Source: Candidatus Aminicenantes bacterium (GTDB lineage Bacteria; Acidobacteriota; Aminicenantia; Aminicenantales; JAFGBC01). From it: 64,000 bases of DNA. The DNA is taken from NCBI GenBank assembly GCA_963702005.1, contig OY969696.1, forward strand, positions 1,952,001-2,016,000, written 5' to 3'. A program made the translations under genes and the position numbers. Under the pieces are notes generated by a model. The model made no database searches and was not told the DNA's origin. It saw nothing but the letters and a program-made list of their open reading frames with translations. Below, one piece after another: positions 29,108-37,985 of the stretch (its first letter is position 1; each line of letters opens with the position of its first letter).

Positions 29108-29366
29108 TTCAATCCCCTTCGCGGGATTCCACGGACATTCATGCACTCATGAACCAGAAACGGTTCATGAGTACTGGCAGTCGTTTCGCAGCACCCATAA
29201 GCCGGAAACGGCTTATGGGTGCGCTCCAATGAGCATTAGTCCGTGGAGCTTCGGCCGGGGAGCAGCCTTGCAGCACCCACAAGCCGTCTCCGGCTTGTGA
29301 GTACTGCGAAACGCCTGCACCCATACTAAGCCGTTTCCGGCTTAGTATGGGTGTCGAGGGTTTGAC
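29108..29366 (+). repeat. Hairpin element copy D, nested multi-hairpin form
   Basis: Four related long hairpins, two of them inside the TCCACGGAC/GTCCGTGGA stem; ends GTCGAGGGTTTGAC. Confidence 0.85.
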
Positions 29367-29390
29367 TCTCGGAGTTCGAATTGATATCCT
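29362..29390 (+). promoter_or_regulatory. Sigma70-like promoter of the fucosidase gene
   Basis: TTGACT-17 nt-TATCCT with TGn extended -10; the -35 is the element D end. Confidence 0.6.
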
Positions 29391-29432
29391 CCGCTTGAAC
29401 GGTATGCGCCTTCCTTTAGGAAAGGAGTCATC

Positions 29433-30890
29433 ATGGGGAAATTCTTAAGCGGAAAGGAATGGGCGACGTCGGGGTGGATCCTGGCCCTGGCCGTCCTGCT
29501 TGTGCTGTTGACGACCCGCGTTTCCGGGGCCAAGCCCACGGCGGCCCGCGCTCGGGCTTCCCAGGCCAAACCGGCCGCGGCCGCTAAGCCGGCGCCGGCC
29601 GCTCCGGCCGCCGATAAAATGAAGTGGTGGACCGAAGCCCGCTTCGGGATGTTCATCCACTGGGGTCTTTACGCGCTCCCGGCCCGCCACGAGTGGGTCA
29701 AACGGAATGAACGGCTCACGAACGGGGACTACCAAAAATATTTCGACCACTTCAATCCCGACCTTTACGATCCGGCCGCCTGGGCCCGGGCCGCCAAGAA
29801 CGCGGGCATGAAGTATTTCGTGGTCACGACCAAGCACCACGAGGGTTTTTGCCTCTGGGATTCGAAATACACCGATTACAAGGCGACCAAGACGCCCTAC
29901 GGCAAGGATCTCCTCAAGCCCCTGGTCAAGGCCATGCGCGACGAGGGACTCAAGGTCGGGTTCTATCATTCCCTGCTCGACTGGCACCACCCCGACTATC
30001 CGATCGATAAATACCACCCGATGGCCGAGAACGCCGCGTTCCGCGAGAAAGCCAAGGAGCGCGACATCCGCAAATACGCCGAATACCTCCACAACCAAGT
30101 CCGCGAGCTCCTGACCGAGTTCGGCCCGATCGATTGTCTGTTCATGGACTTTTCCTTCCCCGGTCCGGACGGCAAGGGCCGCGACGACTGGCAATCCCAG
30201 AAGCTCATCAAGATGATCCGCGAGCTCCAGCCCAACATCATCGTCGACGACCGGCTCGACCTCCTGGATGTCCCGGGCGGCTGGGACTACCGGACGCCCG
30301 AGCAATTCATGCCGCGAGGCTGGGTCACCGTCGACGGGAAGCCCGTTCCCTGGGAGACCTGCCAGACCTTCTCGGGCTCCTGGGGCTACCACCGGGACGA
30401 AGCGACCTGGAAGAGCGTCCGCCAGCTCCTCGTCATGCTCATCGAGACGGTCAGCAAGGGCGGGAACCTCCTCCTTAACGTCGGGCCGACCGCCCGGGGG
30501 ACCTTTGACGACCGGGCCAGCGAACGTCTCGAGGGGATGGGGAAATGGCTGAATCTCCACGGCCGTTCGATTTACGGCTGCACCCAGGCCCCGGCCGAGT
30601 TTCCCAAGCCCGATAACTGTCTCCTGACCTGGAACCCGGATACCAAGCGCCTCTACGTCCACGTCCTCGACTGGCCGATGGGCGTTTTAGCCCTCGACGG
30701 CATGGCGGGCCGCATCGAATACGCCCAGCTCCTCAACGACGCCTCCGAAGTCCCCTTCAGCGAGGAGACGGACGAGTCCGGGTTCATGGCCGGGAAGCGC
30801 GAGGAAAAATCGCCCAAAGCGGTCATTTTACAGCTTCCTGTTTTGAAGCCGGCCGTCGAAGTCCCGGTCATCGAACTCTTCCTGAAATAA
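29433..30890 (+). CDS. Alpha-L-fucosidase GH29
   Basis: RFGMFIHWGLY, TTKHHEGFCLWDS, SKGGNLLLNVGP. Confidence 0.92.
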   Translation: MGKFLSGKEWATSGWILALAVLLVLLTTRVSGAKPTAARARASQAKPAAAAKPAPAAPAADKMKWWTEARFGMFIHWGLYALPARHEWVKRNERLTNGDYQKYFDHFNPDLYDPAAWARAAKNAGMKYFVVTTKHHEGFCLWDSKYTDYKATKTPYGKDLLKPLVKAMRDEGLKVGFYHSLLDWHHPDYPIDKYHPMAENAAFREKAKERDIRKYAEYLHNQVRELLTEFGPIDCLFMDFSFPGPDGKGRDDWQSQKLIKMIRELQPNIIVDDRLDLLDVPGGWDYRTPEQFMPRGWVTVDGKPVPWETCQTFSGSWGYHRDEATWKSVRQLLVMLIETVSKGGNLLLNVGPTARGTFDDRASERLEGMGKWLNLHGRSIYGCTQAPAEFPKPDNCLLTWNPDTKRLYVHVLDWPMGVLALDGMAGRIEYAQLLNDASEVPFSEETDESGFMAGKREEKSPKAVILQLPVLKPAVEVPVIELFLK

Positions 30891-30957
30891 TTCGTATCAA
30901 TCTCCGATATCCCGGCTATGCCGGCGTGAGTCGCGCTGTGGTTCAGGAAGGTGGAGA

Positions 30958-32832
30958 ATGAGATTGAGATCGCTCCTTGTCGGAAAGGCCGCGGCGGCCG
31001 TCGGCTTGGCCGTTTTATTCGCGGGCCTGGTCGGTCCCCTGGCCGCCGAGACCAAGAACTATTACTTCCCCGAGGTCCGGATAAAGATCGACATCCGGGA
31101 GGACGGCTCATTCACCGTCGACGAGTTCCGGACCTACGAATTCCAGGGGCGGTTCTCCTGGGCTAACCTTTGGATTCCGCTCCGGCTCGACCGTAAAGGC
31201 TACCGCTACGACGCTGCGCTCGAGGATTTCACTGTTTCCGACGAACAAGGGGCGCCGCTCCGGCTCGAGACCGGCGTCGAGAACGGGACCTTCCAGGCGA
31301 AGTGGTATTACTCGGCCCGCAACGAGCGTCGGACCTTCCATATCCACTACGTCGTGAAAGGCGGCGTCATCTCTTATCCCGAGGTGACCGAACTCTATTG
31401 GCAGCCGATCGGGAGCGAATGCGAAAAACCCACCCGCGAGGTCTCGATCGAGGTCGCGCTGCCCCGGGATGTCCCCTCGCGCGACGATCTCCTCGTCTAC
31501 GGGCACGGGCCGCTCTCGGGATGGGCCGAGATCATGGACCTCAGGACGGCCCGATTTACGGCGACGAACGTCCCTTCCCGCCAGTCTGTCGAAATTAGGA
31601 TGATCTGGCCGCCCGGACTCGTCAACGGCGTTCCGGGGACCGGCCGGACGCGGGCGTCGATCAAGGCCGAGGAAGCCCGCTTCGTCCAGGACACGATCGT
31701 ACGGGTTCAACGTTCCGCCGAGGATCGGGCGAGGCGCAGGCGCCTCGTCGGGATCATCGGCCTCGCCTGGGTTGCCTGGCTCATCGTTGGCCCCCTGATC
31801 TGGCTTGCGATTTATTTAAGGGCTTGGGGGGAGGTCGGGCGCGACTATCGATTCGAGGGAATGCCGGAATACTATCGCGAACCGCCTTCGGACCTACCGC
31901 CCGCCCTGGTCGAGGTCCTGCTCCATCAAGCGGGGTACGGATATCCGACGCCGCGCTCGTTCACGGCGACCCTGTTCGACCTGGCCCGCCGCGGCTACGT
32001 CGAGCTCGAGGACCGTCCGACCGAGAAGCGCGGCCTGTTCGGTTCCAAGGAGACCGTCACGACCGTGGCGACCCTCAAAAAAAACATCGACGCGGACCGG
32101 GACCTTCTTGCCTATGAACGCGACTATCTTAAGCTCTTCTTCGAGGGGGCGCCCGCCTGGTCGCCCTCCTGGTCGGGCCGGACGGAGCCCCAGGTCGATC
32201 TCGAGGATTTCAAGCGCTATCTCAAGAAGAAGCCGCTCGAGTTCCAGAAATGGTTCAAGGATTGGACGTCCAAGGTTAAGGAGGAAGCCAAGAAGCGGGG
32301 ATTCATCGAGCCGCAGAGTCTTAAGGCCCGGAATATCTTCTTGGCAGTCAGCCTTCCGATCGCTATCCTGGTCTTCAACCCGGTCCTCCTGATCATGATC
32401 CTGGTCCTGACGCCCTTCCTCAAGCGGCGGGCGATGCCCTGGGCCGAGGAAAACGAGCGCTGGAAGGGATTGCGCCGCTTCCTCCATGATTTCTCCGACT
32501 TCAAAGAAGTCCCGCCCGAAGCCTACAAACTCTGGGAGCGCTACCTCGTGTTCGGGATCGTTTTCGGGAGCGCCAAGAAAATCCTCAAGATGCTGCCCGT
32601 CATCTTGCCCGACAACCGGGCGGCCGCCCCCGCCTGGTACTACGGGGCGGGAGGCTCGCGCTGGCTGGGGTCGGGCGGCGGCATCGAGAATATGATCAAG
32701 GGAATCGAATCTCTGTCAAGCTCCATCCAGCAGGCGAGCGCCAGCGCGGCCCACTATTCCTCGGGCGGAGGAGGCGGGTTCAGCGGGGGCGGTGGCGGCG
32801 GGGGAGGGGGCGGCGGAGCAGGCGCGGGATGA
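30958..32832 (+). CDS. DUF2207 membrane protein
   Basis: DGSFTVDE, ELYWQPIG, ATLFDLARRGY, LWERYLVFG and Gly-rich tail. Confidence 0.88.
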   Translation: MRLRSLLVGKAAAAVGLAVLFAGLVGPLAAETKNYYFPEVRIKIDIREDGSFTVDEFRTYEFQGRFSWANLWIPLRLDRKGYRYDAALEDFTVSDEQGAPLRLETGVENGTFQAKWYYSARNERRTFHIHYVVKGGVISYPEVTELYWQPIGSECEKPTREVSIEVALPRDVPSRDDLLVYGHGPLSGWAEIMDLRTARFTATNVPSRQSVEIRMIWPPGLVNGVPGTGRTRASIKAEEARFVQDTIVRVQRSAEDRARRRRLVGIIGLAWVAWLIVGPLIWLAIYLRAWGEVGRDYRFEGMPEYYREPPSDLPPALVEVLLHQAGYGYPTPRSFTATLFDLARRGYVELEDRPTEKRGLFGSKETVTTVATLKKNIDADRDLLAYERDYLKLFFEGAPAWSPSWSGRTEPQVDLEDFKRYLKKKPLEFQKWFKDWTSKVKEEAKKRGFIEPQSLKARNIFLAVSLPIAILVFNPVLLIMILVLTPFLKRRAMPWAEENERWKGLRRFLHDFSDFKEVPPEAYKLWERYLVFGIVFGSAKKILKMLPVILPDNRAAAPAWYYGAGGSRWLGSGGGIENMIKGIESLSSSIQQASASAAHYSSGGGGGFSGGGGGGGGGGGAGAG

Positions 32833-33374
32833 GAGGCGGCCGGCCCCGGTTGCGGTCGATAATATCGAAACGCGAATTCGTCGGGGCGGCTTTCTGCGCT
32901 TTGTTGGCAGTCCTTCCCGCTTCCTGCCATAAGATCAGCGAAGAGGAGCGCCTCATCGATCGCTTTAAGGCCATGGCCGACTTGGCCGAGGACAAGGACA
33001 GGGCGGGGATCATGGCCGCGATCAGCGACGGATACGCGGACTTCGAGGGGCGGGATAAGGCCGCGACCGAAGAAATGATCGGCGGCTATTTCAAATCCTA
33101 CCGCGGAATCGTCCTCCACGTCCTGAGCGCGCGTGTTACGGATCTCCAAGCGGATGAGGCGTCTTTGGAAGCCGACGTCACGTTTTCATCGGGAGCGGCC
33201 CAAGTCCTGCGCCGTCTCGTCCGGTTCGCGGGCGAGTACTATCGGATCACGGTCCGCTGGGTCAAGGAGGGCGGCGAGTGGATGGCCGCCTACGCGGAAT
33301 GGCGGTCCGTCGGCCTCGACGACCTCTTCCCCGAATCGCGCGACAAGCTCCAGAAGATTCTTCCCATAAATTAA
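32829..33374 (+). CDS. Putative lipoprotein, NTF2-like fold
   Basis: 4-bp overlap with upstream stop; lipobox-like PASC; ISDGYAD..G and W.KEGGEW. Confidence 0.6.
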   Translation: MRGGRPRLRSIISKREFVGAAFCALLAVLPASCHKISEEERLIDRFKAMADLAEDKDRAGIMAAISDGYADFEGRDKAATEEMIGGYFKSYRGIVLHVLSARVTDLQADEASLEADVTFSSGAAQVLRRLVRFAGEYYRITVRWVKEGGEWMAAYAEWRSVGLDDLFPESRDKLQKILPIN

Positions 33375-33433
33375 GTTCATTCGGCTCAATCGCGGTCAAT
33401 CCGGCCAATGGAAAAAATGGCCGGAGTTTACTC

Positions 33434-34480
33434 TCAGTCCTCGAAGCGGCGCATGGCCTTGACCAGCTCCGCCTGGGTGCCGGGTTCGAAGGCCGCATGC
33501 CCGGCGTCGGGGACGATGATCAGCGTCGACATGGGCAACAGACGATGCAATTGATAGGCCGCGGCCGGCGGGCAGATCATGTCATAGCGACCGTTGATGA
33601 TGACCATCGGGATGTCGGCCAGCCTGGCCGCGTTCTTGAGAAGCTGGCCCTCCTCCAGGAAACAGCCGTTGGCCATATAGTAGTTCTCCATCAGGGCGAA
33701 GGCGTAAGGATTGTATTCGCGCAGGAACGCCTCGATCATTTCGTCCGATTTCTTCATTAAGGCAATCCCGCCCTCATACTTCAGCCAGATCCGGGCATAA
33801 CGATCGCGGACGGCCGGATCGGCGGACATCAGCTTGGCCAACAGCTGGGCCGGATAATCGTTCCTTTCAGGATGATCCAGAGAAGCGGCCAGCTCCCGGT
33901 GGACCTCCGGGAAGAATTTGGCCGCTCCGCCGTGATAATAATGGTCGATTTCCGACCGGGTGGCCGTGAAAACGCCGCGTAGAACGATCCCAGCAACGTT
34001 CTGGGGATAGGTCTCGGCATAGGCCAGGGCCAACGTGGTGCCCCACGACCCGCCGAACAGAATGACTCGACCCAGCCGTAGATGCTTCCTCAATTTCTCG
34101 ATATCTTCCACCAAATTACGGGTCGTGTTTTCCTTGATTTCACCATAGGGCTTGCTTCGACCCGACCCGCGCTGGTCATGAAGGACGACGTTGAACTTGT
34201 GGGGGTTGAAATAGCGGAAATCATTGGGCGAGCATTCCCCGCCGGGCCCGCCGTGGAGATACATCACGGGTTTGCCCTTGGGGTTGCCGCCCATTTGATA
34301 AAAGATTTCATGGAGCGGCGAGACCTTGAGATACCCGGTTTGATAAGGCTTGATTTCGGGCCAGAGCTTCCCCGCCTCCTGGCCGAAAGAAACGCCGGTC
34401 GGCCAGAGAAGAAGAAAACCCATGAAGAGATACTTGTGTTTAATCATTCTGTGGCTTGCCGTGACGTCAGTTTTGGGCAT
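33434..34480 (-). CDS. pip: Proline iminopeptidase with signal-like N-terminus
   Basis: LHGGPGG, DQRGSGRS, GGSWG, GRYD.ICP, DAGH; start may be 34447. Confidence 0.88.
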   Translation of the reverse strand: MPKTDVTASHRMIKHKYLFMGFLLLWPTGVSFGQEAGKLWPEIKPYQTGYLKVSPLHEIFYQMGGNPKGKPVMYLHGGPGGECSPNDFRYFNPHKFNVVLHDQRGSGRSKPYGEIKENTTRNLVEDIEKLRKHLRLGRVILFGGSWGTTLALAYAETYPQNVAGIVLRGVFTATRSEIDHYYHGGAAKFFPEVHRELAASLDHPERNDYPAQLLAKLMSADPAVRDRYARIWLKYEGGIALMKKSDEMIEAFLREYNPYAFALMENYYMANGCFLEEGQLLKNAARLADIPMVIINGRYDMICPPAAAYQLHRLLPMSTLIIVPDAGHAAFEPGTQAELVKAMRRFED

Positions 34481-35063
34481 ACTTGATCATCACCTTCAAA
34501 GCGCCGTAGCTCACCGTTTCACACATGCCGGCCACAAAGCGCGTCGTGGCCGAATCCGGACTGATCAAGGCCTCCCTGATCAGGAACGCGTCGTAATCCA
34601 AATCTTGGGCGCCCTGATAGGTGGCCAGCACGCAGGCGTCGGCGCTGAGCCCGCACAGAAACAGGACGTTGCATCCCTTTTCTTTCAGCAGTTTTTCCAG
34701 CCCCGTTTTGTTGAAGGCATTGGAATAGGTTTTAATGATCATCGGATCATCGGGTTTGACGGGCACCGATTGCGGGAATTCGAAGGCTTCGTTGCCCGGC
34801 TTGGGCCCGGCCGCGGGATCGGATTGATAGATGCGGATGACCGGAAACCCTTTGTCATGAAACCGGCGGATAGCGCCGTTGATGTAATTGAAGGCCGTCT
34901 TTTTATCCTGCTCGGACATGCTCGGAAGGAATTCGTTCTGAATGTCGATCACCAGCAGGGCCGGTTTCATCCTCTCCGTTTTGGCCGTTTCCGGCCCGAC
35001 GGGGCTCGCCGACGCGGACACGAAGAACAAAGCAAGAATTAAGCCAGCAGATACTTTTTTCAT
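34467..35063 (-). CDS. Secreted isochorismatase-like cysteine hydrolase
   Basis: LLVIDIQN, IIK..SNAF, CGL.ADACV (D-K-C triad); signal peptide. Confidence 0.85.
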   Translation of the reverse strand: MKKVSAGLILALFFVSASASPVGPETAKTERMKPALLVIDIQNEFLPSMSEQDKKTAFNYINGAIRRFHDKGFPVIRIYQSDPAAGPKPGNEAFEFPQSVPVKPDDPMIIKTYSNAFNKTGLEKLLKEKGCNVLFLCGLSADACVLATYQGAQDLDYDAFLIREALISPDSATTRFVAGMCETVSYGALKVMIKYAQN

Positions 35064-35179
35064 ATGACCTCCCCAACTCATCCGTAATATGTTTGAACTC
35101 CCGAAAGCGGCGAAAATAACTTATCAATAAGAAGCCCATTTTTCAATGCCGTTTAAAATTAGAAATTAATTTGCCTTTG

Positions 35180-35210
35180 AAATTGGGAAAAGGCATCTAT
35201 GTCACCATTT
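35180..35210. repeat. Two-armed site related to 20812-20843
   Basis: AAATTGGGAAAA-GGCATCTA-TGTCACCATTT. Confidence 0.5.
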
Positions 35211-35212
35211 AT

Positions 35213-35247
35213 CCGAATCCCGCGACAAGCTCCAGAAGATATTCTAA
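35213..35247 (+). pseudogene. Orphan duplicate of the 3' end of gene 32829-33374
   Basis: 35213-35240 matches 33331-33358 at 27/28 nt; reads ESRDKLQKIF* versus ESRDKLQKILPIN*. Confidence 0.85.
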
Positions 35248-35290
35248 TGTTTAAAGCCGCGTAACCCGGAAGGCGCCGCCGCGGAGAGCT

Positions 35291-36019
35291 TCAGTATTGA
35301 ATGACGATAAAATCGTAGCCGGTGCCTGAGCCTTTGCTATATCCGGTCACATTGATGTTGCCCGCGCCGTCCACAGCAATGGCAGAGGCGGCGTCATCGC
35401 CGTTCCCCGGCCCGTTGTATCTCTTCAGCCAGATTTGTTTGCCCGCGCTGTTGTACTTAATCGTGGCGATATCGCGATAGGTGCCCGGACCCGGGCTTTC
35501 TCCGGTCACGTAGACATTTCCGGCGCCGTCCACGGCTATGGCATACGCGGCGTCATTGCCGTTTCCCGGCCCGTTGTATCTCCTCACCCAGATCTGTTTT
35601 CCGGAGCTGTTGTATTTAATCGTGGCATAATCGTAACCGGTGCCTTTGCCCGCGCTATATCCTGTCACATAGACATTACCGGAGCCGTCCACGGCGACGG
35701 CGGATGCGTAGTCGTTGCCGTTTGCCGGCCCGTTGTATCTTATCGCCCAGAGCTGTTGCCCGCTGCCGTTGTACTTGATTGTGGCATAGTCACGATAAGT
35801 GCTTGATCCCGGGCTTTCTCCGGCCACATAGACATTGCCGGATTTGTCCACGGCCATCGCCCTGGCCGAGTCGTCGCTGTTTCCCGGCCCGTTGTACCGC
35901 TTCAGCCATTTCTCTCCGGCGGCTTGCGCGGACCCCCAGTAGCTAAACAACATGGCGCCGGTCACGAGGACCGCCATTTGCACCATAAGGAACCTTGCAG
36001 TTACATTTCTTTTTTTCAA
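35291..36019 (-). CDS. Secreted SBBP-repeat protein (four 53-aa repeats)
   Basis: AVDxxGNVYVTG repeats; GGCCCGTTGTA recurs every 159 bp (35409, 35568, 35727, 35886). Confidence 0.85.
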   Translation of the reverse strand: MKKRNVTARFLMVQMAVLVTGAMLFSYWGSAQAAGEKWLKRYNGPGNSDDSARAMAVDKSGNVYVAGESPGSSTYRDYATIKYNGSGQQLWAIRYNGPANGNDYASAVAVDGSGNVYVTGYSAGKGTGYDYATIKYNSSGKQIWVRRYNGPGNGNDAAYAIAVDGAGNVYVTGESPGPGTYRDIATIKYNSAGKQIWLKRYNGPGNGDDAASAIAVDGAGNINVTGYSKGSGTGYDFIVIQY

Positions 36020-36115
36020 GACCTGTTTACCTCCGCCTTCATTTTTTTAGCGTTGCATTCGATCATGCTTGCCATACTGACCAGATTGATCGCCTGAATC
36101 CAAGTTTCTTTTTTT

Positions 36116-36144
36116 AAACTATATCAATCCGAGTCCTTTGTCAA
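36116..36144 (-). promoter_or_regulatory. Sigma70-like promoter of the SBBP gene
   Basis: TTGACA-17 nt-TAGTTT. Confidence 0.55.
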
Positions 36145-36347
36145 AAACCGCGGGAAGACGAGGCCGTCGGGCCGTGGACTCCGATCGCGTGCTTTTCCGC
36201 TTTTTTCAAAAAGCATTCGACAGGCTCGACAATGTGGAGTATATAATTTATCCTGCTTTAAAGGCCGGGCCGGACCACGCATTAGCCCAGGCCGGTCATC
36301 GAAAAATCGCGTCTTAGCCCGGCGGAAACGAAGGAAGGAGTGCGATC

Positions 36348-37901
36348 GTGAAGAAAATAACGGCTATCCCTCTCGGCGCGTTGCTGGCCGCGATGCTCTG
36401 CGTCCCCGGGCCCAGGGCCCAGGAAGCGGTCCCGATCGTCCACGCCACGGACGACGGCTTGGCCCTGACTCCGCCGATGGGCTGGTATCCCTGGAACATC
36501 TTCGGCGAGGACCCCCAGAACGAGCGGCTCATCAAGGAGATCGTCGACGCGCTCGTCGCGAGCGGAATGAAGGAGGCCGGATACGCCTATGTCGGGCCGG
36601 ACGAAGGGATCTGTTTCGGACGCGGCGCCGACGGCCGGCTGACGACGAACCTGGAACGCTACCCCTCGGGGCTGCGCGCGCTGGGCGATTATATTCACGC
36701 GCGCGGGCTGAAGTACGCCCTGTACACGGACGCCGGGGCCCGGACCTGCAGCGCGGCCATGCCGGGGACCAAGGACCACGAGCTCGAGGACATGCGCTCA
36801 TTCGCCGATTGGCGCTGCGATTATCTCAAGATCGATTGGTGCAATAGCGAGGGCCAGGACATCGTCCAGTCCTACACGACGCTCCACGACGCCCAGCACG
36901 CGGCCGGCCGCCCTCTCGTCCACAGCCTATGCTCGTGGGGCGAGGGTTTCCCTTGGCTGTGGGCGGCCCGGGTCGGGCACATGTGGAGGACGACCGCCGA
37001 CATCTGCGCCCCGGCGCGGGCCGACTGGGCGAGGGCGATGAGGATGACTTTCGCCAACGAGAAGCTGTCGGCCTTCGCCGGCCCCGGACACTGGAACGAC
37101 CCGGACATGATGATCGTCGGGATGCCCGGTCTGAGCGACGCCCAGAACAGGAGTCTGTTCAGTCTGTGGTGCATGATGGCCGCGCCGCTCATCGCCGGGA
37201 ACGACCTGCGGTCGATGTCCATGGCCGCGGTCGAAATCCTGACCAACCTGGAAGCGATCGGCATCGACCAGGACCCGCTCGGCATTCAGGGCCACATCCT
37301 TTGGACCGACGGCAACGTCGGCATTTGGGGCGGGAAGCGCTTGTTCGACGGAAGCCAGGCCGTGCTGATCTTCAACCAGGGACGGTATCCCGCGGACGCC
37401 AGGATCGCCTGGCAGGATCTCGGGATCGACGCAAAGGAGGCCTGCTATGTGCGCGATCTTTGGATGCATAAAACCCAAGGTCCGTTGACGGGGGGCCTGT
37501 CGGTCGGGGTCGCTCCCGACGACGTGGTCTTCCTCCGCGTTTCTCCGACAGACGGCTTTCCGCTGCCGCCGATTATAACGGCCGATTCGTTCCGGGTTTC
37601 TCTCCGCGCGGAGAATCGCACCCCACGGACGCTGACCGGCGCCGTCACGGTTACCAATCATGGGAGCGCTGAGCTCCTGCCCTGGACGATCCGACCCGGG
37701 CTTCCGGCCTGGCTGTCCGTCAAGGTTGTCCGGAACGGCCGCGGCCAGACTTTCATCAACACGGTTTCCACGGCCGGACTTAAGAAAGGGCTCTACCACG
37801 CGATCGTGCGGGCGGACAACACCGAGCCGGTTTCGGGCCGGCCGATGTCAAGCCTCTATTACGACCTCGACCTCGAAGTCGTCCGGGACGTCTCGCGCTA
37901 G
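36348..37901 (+). CDS. Alpha-galactosidase GH27
   Basis: LALTPPMGW..WN, DYLKIDWC, MWRTTADI, GPGHWNDPDMM. Confidence 0.92.
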   Translation: MKKITAIPLGALLAAMLCVPGPRAQEAVPIVHATDDGLALTPPMGWYPWNIFGEDPQNERLIKEIVDALVASGMKEAGYAYVGPDEGICFGRGADGRLTTNLERYPSGLRALGDYIHARGLKYALYTDAGARTCSAAMPGTKDHELEDMRSFADWRCDYLKIDWCNSEGQDIVQSYTTLHDAQHAAGRPLVHSLCSWGEGFPWLWAARVGHMWRTTADICAPARADWARAMRMTFANEKLSAFAGPGHWNDPDMMIVGMPGLSDAQNRSLFSLWCMMAAPLIAGNDLRSMSMAAVEILTNLEAIGIDQDPLGIQGHILWTDGNVGIWGGKRLFDGSQAVLIFNQGRYPADARIAWQDLGIDAKEACYVRDLWMHKTQGPLTGGLSVGVAPDDVVFLRVSPTDGFPLPPIITADSFRVSLRAENRTPRTLTGAVTVTNHGSAELLPWTIRPGLPAWLSVKVVRNGRGQTFINTVSTAGLKKGLYHAIVRADNTEPVSGRPMSSLYYDLDLEVVRDVSR

Positions 37902-37985
37902 ATGCCTGCAATTCCGATTTGCCGGTTGTCTATAGCCGGAATTGTGGGATAGAATAAATCTTCAGCTTCGTTGTAAGGAGGATTC

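Noticed and set aside
29144-29354. Four similar hairpins considered as a CRISPR array or tRNAs
   Set aside because: Repeats are not identical, spacing is irregular, there are no cas genes and no cloverleaf or T-loop motif
32760-32830. G-rich tract considered as a G-quadruplex or contingency repeat
   Set aside because: Encodes the usual poly-Gly tail of DUF2207 proteins
35291-36019. 159-bp periodic DNA repeats, considered as a CRISPR or repeat array
   Set aside because: They are in-frame 53-aa SBBP protein repeats with no unique spacers
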